Source: Eledone cirrhosa (taxonomy: Eukaryota). Taken from it: 64,000 nucleotides of DNA. The translations under genes were made by a program, and so were the position numbers. Under the pieces are notes generated by a model that saw nothing but the letters and a program-made list of their open reading frames with translations, ran no database searches and had not been told where the DNA came from. Shown here piece after piece: positions 26,001 through 40,200 of this stretch (positions are counted from its first letter, which is position 1; every line of letters begins with the position of its first letter). Location of the stretch: contig OZ024758.1 in assembly GCA_964016885.1 (NCBI GenBank), forward strand, positions 35,464,001 through 35,528,000, written 5' to 3'.

Positions 26001-29000
26001 ATTCATTTAAGTCATGGTACTAGCTGTCAGAAGTAACTCCACTGTTGGTGAGAATTCATTTAAGTTCATGGTATTAGCTGTCAGAAGGAACGCCACTGTT
26101 GGTGAGAATTCATTTAAGTTCATGGTATTAGTTGTCAGAAGTAACTCCACTGTTGGTGAGAATTCATTTAAGTTCATGGTACTAGCTGTCAGAAGTAACT
26201 CCAATGTTGGTGAGAATTCATTTAAATTCATGGTATTAGCTGTCAGAAGGAACTCCACTGTTGGTGAGAATTCATTTAAGTTCATGGTATTAGCTGTCAG
26301 AAGTAACTCCACTGTTGGTGAGAATTCATTTAATTTGTCGTATTAGCTGTCAGAAGTAACTCCATTGTTGGTGAGAATTCATTTAAGTCATGGTACTAGC
26401 TGTCAGAAGTAACTCCAATGTTGGTGAGAATTCATTTAAGTCATGGTACTAGCTGTCAGAAGTAACTCCAATGTTGGTGAGAATTCATTTAAGTTCATGG
26501 TATTAGCTGTCAGAAGGAACTCCACTGTTGGTGAGAATTCATTTAAGTTCATGGTATTAGCTGTCAGAAGTAACTCCACTGTTGGTGAGAATTCATTTAA
26601 GTTCATGGTATTAGCTGTCAGAAGTAACTCCACTGTTGGTGAGAATTCATTTAAGTTCATGGTACTAGCTGTCAGAAGTAACTCCAATGTTGGTGAGAAT
26701 TCATTTAAGTTCATGGTATTAGCTGTCAGAAGTAACTCCACTGTTGGTGAGAATTCATTTAAGTCATGGTATTAGCTGTCAGAAGTAACTCCAATGTTGG
26801 TGAGAATTCATTTAAGTTCATGGTATTAGCTGTCAGAAGTAACTCCACTGTTGGTGGGAATTCATTTAAGTCATGGTATTAGCTGTCAGAAGTAACTCCA
26901 ATGTTGGTGAGAATTCATTTAAGTTCATGGTATTAGCTGTCAGAAGTAACTCCACTGTTGGTGAGAATTCATTTAAGTTCATGGTATTAGCTGTCAGAAG
27001 TAACTCCACTGTTGGTGAGAATTCATTTAAGTTCATGGTACTAGCTGTCAGAAGTAACTCCAATGTTGGTGAGAATTCATTTAAGTTCATGGTACAAGCT
27101 GTCAGAAGTAACTCCACTGTTGGTGAGAATTCATTTAAGTTCATGGTATTAGCTGTCAGAAGTAACTCCACTGTTGGTGAGAATTCATTTAAGTCATGGT
27201 ATTAGCTGTCAGAAGTAACTCCAATGTTGGTGAGAATTCATTTAAGTCATGGTACTATCTGTCAGAAGTAACTCCAATGTTGGTGAGAATTCATTTAAGT
27301 TCATGGTATTAGCTGTCAGAAGTAACTCCACTGTTGGTGAGAATTCATTTAAGTTCATGGTATTAGCTGTCAGAAGGAACTCCAATATTGGTGAGAATTC
27401 ATTTAAGTCATGGTACTAGCTGTCAGAAGTAACTCCACTGTTGGTGAGAATTCATTTAAGTTCATGGTATTAGCTGTCAGAAGGAACGCCACTGTTGGTG
27501 AGAATTCATTTAAGTTCATGGTATTAGCTGTCAGAAGTAACTCCACTGTTGGTGAGAATTCATTTAAGTTCATGGTATTAGCTGTCAGAAGTAACTCCAC
27601 TGTTGGTGAGAATTCATTTAAGTCATGGTATTAGCTGTCAGAAGTAACTCCAATGTTGGTGAGAATTCATTTAAGTCATGGTACTAGCTGTCAGAAGTAA
27701 CTCCACTGTTGGTGAGAATTCATTTAAGTTCATGGTATTAGCTGTCAGAAGTAACTCCAATGTTGGTGAGAATTCATTTAAGTTCATGGTATTAGCTGTC
27801 AGAAGGAACTCCACTGTTGCTGAGAATTCATTTAAGTTCATGGTATTAGCTGTCAGAAGTAACTCCACTGTTGGTGAGAATTCATTTAGGTTCATGGTAC
27901 TAGCTGTCAGAAGTAACTCCACTGTTGGTGAGAATTCATTTAAGTTCATGGTATTAGCTGTCAGAAGTCACTCCAATGTTGGTGATAATTCATTTAAGTT
28001 CATGGTATTAGCTGTCAGAAGGAACTCCACTGTTGCTGAGAATTCATTTAAGTTCATGGTATTAGCTGTCAGAAGGAACTCCACTGTTGGTGAGAATTCA
28101 TTTAAGTTCATGGTACTAGCTGTCAGAAGTAACTCCACTGTTGGTGAGAATTCATTTAAGTTCATGGTACTAGCTGTCAGAAGTAACTCCAATGTTGGTG
28201 AGAATTCATTTAAGTTCATGGTATTAGCTGTCAGAAGGAACTCCACTGTTGCTGAGAATTCATTTAAGTTCATGGTATTAGCTGTCAGAAGTAACTCCAC
28301 TGTTGGTGAGAATTCATTTAGGTTCATGGTACTAGCTGTCAGAAGTCACTCCAATGTTGGTGAGAATTCATTTAAGTTCATGGTATTAGCTGTCAGAAGT
28401 CACTCCACTGTTGGTGAGAATTCATTTAAATTCATGGTATTAGCTGTCAGAAGTAACCCCAATGTTGGTGAGAATTCATTTAAGTTCATGGTATTAGCTG
28501 TCAGAAGTCACTCCAATGTTGGTGAGAATTCATTTAAGTTCATGGTATTAGCTGTCAGAAGTAACTCCACTGTTGGTGAGAATTCATTTAAGTTCATGGT
28601 ATTAGTTTGTCAGAAGTAACTCCACTGTTGGTGAGAATTCATTTAAGTCATGGTATTAGTTGTCAGAAGTAACTCCACTGTTGGTGAGAATTCATTTAAG
28701 TTCATGGTACTAGCTGTCAGAAGTAACTCCAATGTTGGTGAGAATTCATTTAAATTCATGGTATTAGCTGTCAGAAGGAACTCCGCTGTTGGTGAGAATT
28801 CATTTAAGTTCATGGTATTAGCTGTCAGAAGTAACTCCACTGTTGGTGAGAATTCATTTAATTCGTCGTATTAGCTGTCAGAAGTAACTCCATTGTTGGT
28901 GAGAATTCATTTAAGTCATGGTACTAGCTGTCAGAAGTAACTCCAATGTTGGTGAGAATTCATTTAAGTCATGGTACTAGCTGTCAGAAGTAACTCCAAT

Positions 29001-31490
29001 GTTGGTGAGAATTCATTTAAGTTCATGGTATTAGCTGTCAGAAGGAACTCCACTGTTGGTGAGAATTCATTTAAGTTCATGGTATTAGCTGTCAGAAGTA
29101 ACTCCACTGTTGGTGAGAATTCATTTAAGTTCATGGTATTAGCTGTCAGAAGTAACTCCACTTTTGGTGAGAATTCATTTAAGTTCATGGTACTAGCTGT
29201 CAGAAGTAACTCCAATGTTGGTGAGAATTCATTTAAGTTCATGGTATTAGCTGTCAGAAGTAACTCCACTGTTGGTGAGAATTCATTTAAGTCATGGTAT
29301 TAGCTGTCAGAAGTAACTCCAATGTTGGTGAGAATTCATTTAAGTTCATGGTATTAGCTGTCAGAAGTAACTCCACTGTTGGTGGGAATTCATTTAAGTC
29401 ATGGTATTAGCTGTCAGAAGTAACTCCAATGTTGGTGAGAATTCATTTAAGTTCATTGTATTAGCTGTCAGAAGTAACTCCACTGTTTGTGAGAATTCAT
29501 TTAAGTTCATGGTATTAGCTGTCAGAAGTAACTCCACTGTTGGTGAGAATTCATTTAAGTTCATGGTACTAGCTGTCAGAAGTAACTCCACTGTTGGTGA
29601 GAATTCATTTAGGTTCATGGTACTAGCTGTCAGAAGTAACTCCACTGTTGGTGAGAATTCATTTAAGTTCATGGTATTAGCTGTCAGAAGTCACTCCAAT
29701 GTTGGTGAGAATTCATTTAAGTTCATGGTATTAGCTGTCAGAAGTCACTCCACTGTTGGTGAGAATTCATTTAAGTTCATGGTATTAGCTGTCAGAAGTA
29801 ACCCCAATGTTGGTGAGAATTCATTTAAGTTCATGGTATTAGCTGTCAGAAGTCACTCCAATGTTGGTGAGAATTCATTTAAGTTCATGGTATTAGCTGT
29901 CAGAAGTAACTCCACTGTTGGTGAGAATTCATTTAAGTTCATGGTATTAGTTTGTCAGAAGTAACTCCACTGTAGGTGAGAATTCATTTAAGTCATGGTA
30001 TTAGTTGTCAGAAGTAACTCCAATGTTGGTGAGAATTCATTTAAGTTCATGGTATTAGCTGTCAGAAGGAACTCCACTGTTGGTGAGAATTCATTTAAGT
30101 TCATGGTATTAGCTGTCAGAAGGAACTCCAATGTTGGTGAGAATTCATTTAAGTCATGGTACTAGCTGTCAGAAGTAACTCCACTGTTGGTGAGAATTCA
30201 TTTAAGTTCATGGTATTAGCTGTCAGAAGGAACGCCACTGTTGGTGAGAATTCATTTAAGTTCATGGTATTAGTTGTCAGAAGTAACTCCACTGTTGGTG
30301 AGAATTCATTTAAGTTCATGGTATTAGCTGTCAGAAGTAACTCCACTGTTGGTGAGAATTCATTTAATTCGTGGTATTAGCTGTCAGAAGTAACTCCATT
30401 GTTGGTGAGAATTCATTTAAGTCATGGTACTAGCTGTCAGAAGTAACTCCGATGTTGGTGAGAATTCATTTAAGTTCATGGTACTAGCTGTCAGAAGTAA
30501 CTCCAATGTTGGTGAGAATTCATTTAAATTCATGGTATTAGCTGTCAGAAGGAAATCCACTGTTGGTGAGAATTCATTTAAGTTCATGGTATTAGCTGTC
30601 AGAAGTAACTCCACTGTTGGTGAGAATTCATTTAATTCGTCGTATTAGCTGTCAGAAGTAACTCCACTGTTTGTGAGAATTCATTTAAGTTCATGGTATT
30701 AGCTGTCAGAAGTAACTCCACTGTTGGTGAGAATTCATTTAAGTTCATGGTACTAGCTGTCAGAAGTAACTCCAATGTTGGTGAGAATTCATTTAAGTTC
30801 ATGGTACAAGCTGTCAGAAGTAACTCCACTGTTTGTGAGAATTCATTTAAGTTCATGGTATTAGCTGTCAGAAGTAACTCCACTGTTGGTGAGAATTCAT
30901 TTAAGTTCATGGTACTAGCTGTCAGAAGTAACTCCAATGTTGGTGAGAATTCATTTAAGTTCATGGTACAAGCTGTCAGAAGTAACTCCACTGTTGGTGA
31001 GAATTCATTTAAGTTCATGGTATTAGCTGTCAGAAGTAACTCCACTGTTGGTGAGAATTCATTTAAGTCATGGTATTAGCTGTCAGAAGTAACTCCAATG
31101 TTGGTGAGAATTCATTTAAGTCATGGTACTATCTGTCAGAAGTAACTCCAATGTTGGTGAGAATTCATTTAAGTTCATGGTATTAGCTGTCAGAAGTAAC
31201 TCCACTGTTGGTGATAATTCATTTAAGTTCATGGTATTAGCTGTCAGAAGTAACTCCACTGTTGGTGAGAATTCATTTAAGTCATGGTATTAGCTGTCAG
31301 AAGTAACTCCAATGTTGGTGAGAATTCATTTAAGTTCATGGTATTAGCTGTCAGAAGTCACTCCACTGTTGCTGAGAATTCATTTAAGTTCATGGTATTA
31401 GCTGTCAGAAGTAACTCCACTGTTGGTGAGAATTCATTTAGGTTCATGGTACTAGCTGTCAGAAGGAACTCCAATGTTGGTGAGAATTCA
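17020..31490 (+). repeat. HOR domain B: irregular higher-order units (offsets 4847, 4574, 2528 bp) with internal 0.5-1.9 kb duplications
   Basis: Homologous blocks start at 17022, 21869, 26443 and 28971. Markers: GGTGGGAATTC (~17432, 22279, 26853, 29381), TACTATCTG and GGTGATAATTC. Internal duplications at 17989/19175 (1186 bp), 24182/24720 (538 bp) and 23051/24935 (1884 bp). Confidence 0.8.
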
Positions 31491-34400
31491 TTTAAGTCAT
31501 GGTACTAGCTGTCAAAAGTAACTCCACTGTTGGTGAGAATTCATTTAAGTTCATGGTATTAGCTGTCAGAAGGAACGCCACTGTTGGTGAGAATTCATTT
31601 AAGTTCATGGTATTAGCTGTCAGAAGTAACTCCACTGTTGGTGAGAATTCATTTAAGTTCATGGTACTAGCTGTCAGAAGTAACTCCAATGTTGGTGAGA
31701 ATTCATTTAAGTTCATGGTATTAGCTGTCAGAAGGAACTGCACTGTTGCTGAGAATTCATTTAAGTTCATGGTATTAGCTGTCAGAAGGAACTCCACTGT
31801 TGGTGAGAATTCATTTAAGTTCATGGTTCTAGCTGTCAGAAGTAACTCCACTGTTGGTGAGAATTCATTTAAGTTCATGGTACTAGCTGTCAGAAGTAAC
31901 TCCAATGTTGGGGAGAATTCATTTAAGTTCATGGTATTAGCTGTCAGAAGGAACTCCACTGTTGCTGAGAATTCATTTAAGTTCATGGTATTAGCTGTCA
32001 GAAGTAACTCCACTGTTGGTGAGAATTCATTTAGGTTCATGGTACTAGCTGTCAGAAGTAACTCCACTGTTGGTGAGAATTCATTTAAGTTCATGGTATT
32101 AGCTGTCAGAAGTCACTCCAATGTTGGTGAGAATTCATTTAAGTTCATGGTATTAGCTGTCAGAAGTCACTCCACTGTTGGTGAGAATTCATTTAAGTTC
32201 ATGGTATTAGCTGTCAGAAGTAACCCCAATGTTGGTGAGAATTCATTTAAGTTCATGGTATTAGCTGTCAGAAGTCACTCCAATGTTGGTGTGAATTCAT
32301 TTAAGTTCATGGTATTAGCTGTCAGAAGTAACTCCACTGTTGGTGAGAATTCATTTAAGTTCATGGTATTAGTTTGTCAGAAGTAACTCCACTGTAGGTG
32401 AGAATTCATTTAAGTCATGGTATTAGTTGTCAGAAGTAACTCCAATGTTGGTGAGAATTCATTTAAGTTCATGGTATTAGCTGTCAGAAGGAACTCCACT
32501 GTTGGTGAGAATTCATTTAAGTTCATGGTATTAGCTGTCAGAAGGAACTCCAATGTTGGTGAGAATTCATTTAAGTCATGGTACTAGCTGTCAGAAGTAA
32601 CTCCACTGTTGGTGAGAATTCATTTAAGTTCATGGTATTAGCTGTCAGAAGGAACGCCACTGTTGGTGAGAATTCATTTAAGTTCATGTTATTAGTTGTC
32701 AGAAGTAACTCCACTGTTGGTGAGAATTCATTTAAGTTCATGGTACTAGCTGTCAGAAGTAACTCCAATGTTGGTGAGAATTCATTTAAGTTCATGGTAT
32801 TAGCTGTCAGAAGGAACTCCACTGTTGGTGAGAATTCATTTAAGTTCATGGTATTAGCTGTCAGAAGTAACTCCACTGTTGGTGAGAATTCATTTAATTC
32901 GTGGTATTAGCTGTCAGAAGTAACTCCATTGTTGGTGAGAATTCATTTAAGTCATGGTACTAGCTGTCAGAAGTAACTCCAATGTTGGTGAGAATTCATT
33001 TAAGTTCATGGTACTAGCTGTCAGAAGTAACTCCAATGTTGGTGAGAATTCATTTAAATTCATGGTATTAGCTGTCAGAAGGAAATCCACTGTTGGTGAG
33101 AATTCATTTAAGTTCATGGTATTAGCTGTCAGAAGTAACTCCACTGTTGGTGAGAATTCATTTAATTCGTCGTATTAGCTGTCAGAAGTAACTCCATTGT
33201 TGGTGAGAATTCATTTAAGTCATGGTACTAGCTGTAAGAAGTAACTCCAATGTTGGTGAGAATTCATTTAAGTCATGGTACTAGCTGTCAGAAGTAACTC
33301 CAATGTTGGTGAGAATTCATTTAAGTTCATGGTATTAGCTGTCAGAAGGAACTCCACTGTTGGTGAGAATTCATTTAAGTTCATGGTATTAGCTGTCAGA
33401 AGTAACTCCACTGTTGGTGAGAATTCATTTAAGTTCATGGTATTAGCTGTCAGAAGGAACTCCAATGTTGGTGAGAATTCATTTAAGTCATGGTACTAGC
33501 TGTCAGAAGTAACTCCACTGTTGGTGAGAATTCATTTAAGTTCATGGTATTAGCTGTCAGAAGGAACGCCACTGTTGGTGAGAATTCATTTAAGTTCATG
33601 GTATTAGCTGTCAGAAGTAACTCCACTGTTGGTGAGAATTCATTTAAGTTCATGGTACTAGCTGTCAGAAGTAACTCCAATGTTGGTGAGAATTCATTTA
33701 AGTTCATGGTATTAGCTGTCAGAAGGAACTGCACTGTTGCTGAGAATTCATTTAAGTTCATGGTATTAGCTGTCAGAAGGAACTCCACTGTTGGTGAGAA
33801 TTCATTTAAGTTCATGGTACTAGCTGTCAGAAGTAACTCCACTGTTGGTGAGAATTCATTTAAGTTCATGGTACTAGCTGTCAGAAGTAACTCCAATGTT
33901 GGGGAGAATTCATTTAAGTTCATGGTATTAGCTGTCAGAAGGAACTCCACTGTTGCTGAGAATTCATTTAAGTTCATGGTATTAGCTGTCAGAAGTAACT
34001 CCACTGTTGGTGAGAATTCATTTAGGTTCATGGTACTAGCTGTCAGAAGTAACTCCACTGTTGGTGAGAATTCATTTAAGTTCATGGTATTAGCTGTCAG
34101 AAGTCACTCCAATGTTGGTGAGAATTCATTTAAGTTCATGGTATTAGCTGTCAGAAGTCACTCCACTGTTGGTGAGAATTCATTTAAGTTCATGGTATTA
34201 GCTGTCAGAAGTAACCCCAATGTTGGTGAGAATTCATTTAAGTTCATGGTATTAGCTGTCAGAAGTCACTCCAATGTTGGTGTGAATTCATTTAAGTTCA
34301 TGGTATTAGCTGTCAGAAGTAACTCCACTGTTGGTGAGAATTCATTTAAGTTCATGGTATTAGTTTGTCAGAAGTAACTCCACTGTAGGTGAGAATTCAT

Positions 34401-37400
34401 TTAAGTCATGGTATTAGTTGTCAGAAGTAACTCCAATGTTGGTGAGAATTCATTTAAGTTCATGGTATTAGCTGTCAGAAGGAACTCCACTGTTGGTGAG
34501 AATTCATTTAAGTTCATGGTATTAGCTGTCAGAAGGAACTCCAATGTTGGTGAGAATTCATTTAAGTCATGGTACTAGCTGTCAGAAGTAACTCCACTGT
34601 TGGTGAGAATTCATTTAAGTTCATGGTATTAGCTGTCAGAAGGAACGCCACTGTTGGTGAGAATTCATTTAAGTTCATGGTATTAGTTGTCAGAAGTAAC
34701 TCCACTGTTGGTGAGAATTCATTTAAGTTCATGGTACTAGCTGTCAGAAGTAACTCCAATGTTGGTGAGAATTCATTTAAGTTCATGGTATTAGCTGTCA
34801 GAAGGAACTCCACTGTTGGTGAGAATTCATTTAAGTTCATGGTATTAGCTGTCAGAAGTAACTCCACTGTTGGTGAGAATTCATTTAATTTGTGGTATTA
34901 GCTGTCAGAAGTAACTCCATTGTTGGTGAGAATTCATTTAAGTCATGGTACTAGCTGTCAGAAGTAACTCCAATGTTGGTGAGAATTCATTTAAGTTCAT
35001 GGTACTAGCTGTCAGAAGTAACTCCAATGTTGGTGAGAATTCATTTAAATTCATGGTATTAGCTGTCAGAAGGAAATCCACTGTTGGTGAGAATTCATTT
35101 AAGTTCATGGTATTAGCTGTCAGAAGTAACTCCACTGTTGGTGAGAATTCATTTAATTCGTCGTATTAGCTGTCAGAAGTAACTCCATTGTTGGTGAGAA
35201 TTCATTTAAGTCATGGTACTAGCTGTCAGAAGTAACTCCAATGTTGGTGAGAATTCATTTAAGTCATGGTACTAGCTGTCAGAAGTAACTCCAATGTTGG
35301 TGAGAATTCATTTAAGTTCATGGTATTAGCTGTCAGAAGGAACTCCACTGTTGGTGAGAATTCATTTAAGTTCATGGTATTAGCTGTCAGAAGTAACTCC
35401 ACTGTTGGTGAGAATTCATTTAAGTTCATGGTATTAGCTGTCAGAAGTAACTCCACTGTTGGTGAGAATTCATTTAAGTTCATGGTACTAGCTGTCAGAA
35501 GTAACTCCACTGTTGGTGAGAATTCATTTAAGTTCATGGTATTAGCTGTCAGAAGTCACTCCAATGTTGGTGAGAATTCATTTAAGTTCATGGTATTAGC
35601 TGTCAGAAGTCACTCCACTGTTGGTGAGAATTCATTTAAGTTCATGGTATTAGCTGTCAGAAGTAACCCCAATGTTGGTGAGAATTCATTTAAGTTCATG
35701 GTATTAGCTGTCAGAAGTCACTCCAATGTTGGTGTGAATTCATTTAAGTTCATGGTATTAGCTGTCAGAAGTAACTCCACTGTTGGTGAGAATTCATTTA
35801 AGTTCATGGTATTAGTTTGTCAGAAGTAACTCCACTGTAGGTGAGAATTCATTTAAGTCATGGTATTAGTTGTCAGAAGTAACTCCAATGTTGGTGAGAA
35901 TTCATTTAAGTTCATGGTATTAGCTGTCAGAAGGAACTCCACTGTTGGTGAGAATTCATTTAAGTTCATGGTATTAGCTGTCAGAAGGAACTCCAATGTT
36001 GGTGAGAATTCATTTAAGTCATGGTACTAGCTGTCAGAAGTAACTCCACTGTTGGTGAGAATTCATTTAAGTTCATGGTATTAGCTGTCAGAAGGAACGC
36101 CACTGTTGGTGAGAATTCATTTAAGTTCATGGTATTAGTTGTCAGAAGTAACTCCACTGTTGGTGAGAATTCATTTAAGTTCATGGTACTAGCTGTCAGA
36201 AGTAACTCCAATGTTGGTGAGAATTCATTTAAGTTCATGGTATTAGCTGTCAGAAGGAACTCCACTGTTGGTGAGAATTCATTTAAGTTCATGGTATTAG
36301 CTGTCAGAAGTAACTCCACTGTTGGTGAGAATTCATTTAATTCGTGGTATTAGCTGTCAGAAGTAACTCCATTGTTGGTGAGAATTCATTTAAGTCATGG
36401 TACTAGCTGTCAGAAGTAACTCCAATGTTGGTGAGAATTCATTTAAGTTCATGGTACTAGCTGTCAGAAGTAACTCCAATGTTGGTGAGAATTCATTTAA
36501 ATTCATGGTATTAGCTGTCAGAAGGAAATCCACTGTTGGTGAGAATTCATTTAAGTTCATGGTATTAGCTGTCAGAAGTAACTCCACTGTTGGTGAGAAT
36601 TCATTTAATTCGTCGTATTAGCTGTCAGAAGTAACTCCATTGTTGGTGAGAATTCATTTAAGTCATGGTACTAGCTGTAAGAAGTAACTCCAATGTTGGT
36701 GAGAATTCATTTAAGTCATGGTACTAGCTGTCAGAAGTAACTCCAATGTTGGTGAGAATTCATTTAAGTTCATGGTATTAGCTGTCAGAAGGAACTCCAC
36801 TGTTGGTGAGAATTCATTTAAGTTCATGGTATTAGCTGTCAGAAGTAACTCCACTGTTGGTGAGAATTCATTTAAGTTCATGGTATTAGCTGTCAGAAGG
36901 AACTCCAATGTTGGTGAGAATTCATTTAAGTCATGGTACTAGCTGTCAGAAGTAACTCCACTGTTGGTGAGAATTCATTTAAGTTCATGGTATTAGCTGT
37001 CAGAAGGAACGCCACTGTTGGTGAGAATTCATTTAAGTTCATGGTATTAGCTGTCAGAAGTAACTCCACTGTTGGTGAGAATTCATTTAAGTTCATGGTA
37101 CTAGCTGTCAGAAGTAACTCCAATGTTGGTGAGAATTCATTTAAGTTCATGGTATTAGCTGTCAGAAGGAACTGCACTGTTGCTGAGAATTCATTTAAGT
37201 TCATGGTATTAGCTGTCAGAAGGAACTCCACTGTTGGTGAGAATTCATTTAAGTTCATGGTACTAGCTGTCAGAAGTAACTCCACTGTTGGTGAGAATTC
37301 ATTTAAGTTCATGGTACTAGCTGTCAGAAGTAACTCCAATGTTGGGGAGAATTCATTTAAGTTCATGGTATTAGCTGTCAGAAGGAACTCCACTGTTGCT

Positions 37401-40200
37401 GAGAATTCATTTAAGTTCATGGTATTAGCTGTCAGAAGTAACTCCACTGTTGGTGAGAATTCATTTAGGTTCATGGTACTAGCTGTCAGAAGTAACTCCA
37501 CTGTTGGTGAGAATTCATTTAAGTTCATGGTATTAGCTGTCAGAAGTCACTCCAATGTTGGTGAGAATTCATTTAAGTTCATGGTATTAGCTGTCAGAAG
37601 TCACTCCACTGTTGGTGAGAATTCATTTAAGTTCATGGTATTAGCTGTCAGAAGTAACCCCAATGTTGGTGAGAATTCATTTAAGTTCATGGTATTAGCT
37701 GTCAGAAGTCACTCCAATGTTGGTGTGAATTCATTTAAGTTCATGGTATTAGCTGTCAGAAGTAACTCCACTGTTGGTGAGAATTCATTTAAGTTCATGG
37801 TATTAGTTTGTCAGAAGTAACTCCACTGTAGGTGAGAATTCATTTAAGTCATGGTATTAGTTGTCAGAAGTAACTCCAATGTTGGTGAGAATTCATTTAA
37901 GTTCATGGTATTAGCTGTCAGAAGGAACTCCACTGTTGGTGAGAATTCATTTAAGTTCATGGTATTAGCTGTCAGAAGGAACTCCAATGTTGGTGAGAAT
38001 TCATTTAAGTCATGGTACTAGCTGTCAGAAGTAACTCCACTGTTGGTGAGAATTCATTTAAGTTCATGGTATTAGCTGTCAGAAGGAACGCCACTGTTGG
38101 TGAGAATTCATTTAAGTTCATGGTATTAGTTGTCAGAAGTAACTCCACTGTTGGTGAGAATTCATTTAAGTTCATGGTACTAGCTGTCAGAAGTAACTCC
38201 AATGTTGGTGAGAATTCATTTAAGTTCATGGTATTAGCTGTCAGAAGGAACTCCACTGTTGGTGAGAATTCATTTAAGTTCATGGTATTAGCTGTCAGAA
38301 GTAACTCCACTGTTGGTGAGAATTCATTTAATTTGTGGTATTAGCTGTCAGAAGTAACTCCATTGTTGGTGAGAATTCATTTAAGTCATGGTACTAGCTG
38401 TCAGAAGTAACTCCAATGTTGGTGAGAATTCATTTAAGTTCATGGTACTAGCTGTCAGAAGTAACTCCAATGTTGGTGAGAATTCATTTAAATTCATGGT
38501 ATTAGCTGTCAGAAGGAAATCCACTGTTGGTGAGAATTCATTTAAGTTCATGGTATTAGCTGTCAGAAGTAACTCCACTGTTGGTGAGAATTCATTTAAG
38601 TTCATGGTACTAGCTGTCAGAAGTAACTCCAATGTTGGTGAGAATTCATTTAAGTTCATGGTATTAGCTGTCAGAAGGAACTGCACTGTTGCTGAGAATT
38701 CATTTAAGTTCATGGTATTAGCTGTCAGAAGGAACTCCACTGTTGGTGAGAATTCATTTAAGTTCATGGTACTAGCTGTCAGAAGTAACTCCACTGTTGG
38801 TGAGAATTCATTTAAGTTCATGGTACTAGCTGTCAGAAGTAACTCCAATGTTGGGGAGAATTCATTTAAGTTCATGGTATTAGCTGTCAGAAGGAACTCC
38901 ACTGTTGCTGAGAATTCATTTAAGTTCATGGTATTAGCTGTCAGAAGTAACTCCACTGTTGGTGAGAATTCATTTAGGTTCATGGTACTAGCTGTCAGAA
39001 GTAACTCCACTGTTGGTGAGAATTCATTTAAGTTCATGGTATTAGCTGTCAGAAGTAACTCCAATGTTGGTGAGAATTCATTTAAGTTCATGGTATTAGC
39101 TGTCAGAAGTCACTCCACTGTTGGTGAGAATTCATTTAAGTTCATGGTATTAGCTGTCAGAAGTAACCCCAATGTTGGTGAGAATTCATTTAAGTTCATG
39201 GTATTAGCTGTCAGAAGTCACTCCAATGTTGGTGTGAATTCATTTAAGTTCATGGTATTAGCTGTCAGAAGTAACTCCACTGTTGGTGAGAATTCATTTA
39301 AGTTCATGGTATTAGTTTGTCAGAAGTAACTCCACTGTAGGTGAGAATTCATTTAAGTCATGGTATTAGTTGTCAGAAGTAACTCCAATGTTGGTGAGAA
39401 TTCATTTAAGTTCATGGTATTAGCTGTCAGAAGGAACTCCACTGTTGGTGAGAATTCATTTAAGTTCATGGTATTAGCTGTCAGAAGGAACTCCAATGTT
39501 GGTGAGAATTCATTTAAGTCATGGTACTAGCTGTCAGAAGTAACTCCACTGTTGGTGAGAATTCATTTAAGTTCATGGTATTAGCTGTCAGAAGGAACGC
39601 CACTGTTGGTGAGAATTCATTTAAGTTCATGGTATTAGTTGTCAGAAGTAACTCCACTGTTGGTGAGAATTCATTTAAGTTCATGGTACTAGCTGTCAGA
39701 AGTAACTCCAATGTTGGTGAGAATTCATTTAAGTTCATGGTATTAGCTGTCAGAAGGAACTCCACTGTTGGTGAGAATTCATTTAAGTTCATGGTATTAG
39801 CTGTCAGAAGTAACTCCACTGTTGGTGAGAATTCATTTAATTTGTGGTATTAGCTGTCAGAAGTAACTCCATTGTTGGTGAGAATTCATTTAAGTCATGG
39901 TACTAGCTGTCAGAAGTAACTCCAATGTTGGTGAGAATTCATTTAAGTTCATGGTACTAGCTGTCAGAAGTAACTCCAATGTTGGTGAGAATTCATTTAA
40001 ATTCATGGTATTAGCTGTCAGAAGGAAATCCACTGTTGGTGAGAATTCATTTAAGTTCATGGTATTAGCTGTCAGAAGTAACTCCACTGTTGGTGAGAAT
40101 TCATTTAATTCGTCGTATTAGCTGTCAGAAGTAACTCCATTGTTGGTGAGAATTCATTTAAGTCATGGTACTAGCTGTCAGAAGTAACTCCAATGTTGGT
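31490..40200 (+). repeat. HOR domain C: 1,991-bp (37-monomer) units alternating with ~1.45-1.5 kb units, including a 3,443-bp duplication
   Basis: Homologous blocks at 32578, 34569, 36021, 38012 and 39521 (offsets 1991, 1452, 1991, 1509). Markers: AACTGCACTG (~31736, 33727, 37170, 38679), GGGGAGAATT, GGTGTGAATT, GGAAATCCAC and ACTGTAGGT. The private GCTGTAAGAA variant occurs at 33231 and 36674 (offset 3443). Confidence 0.88.
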
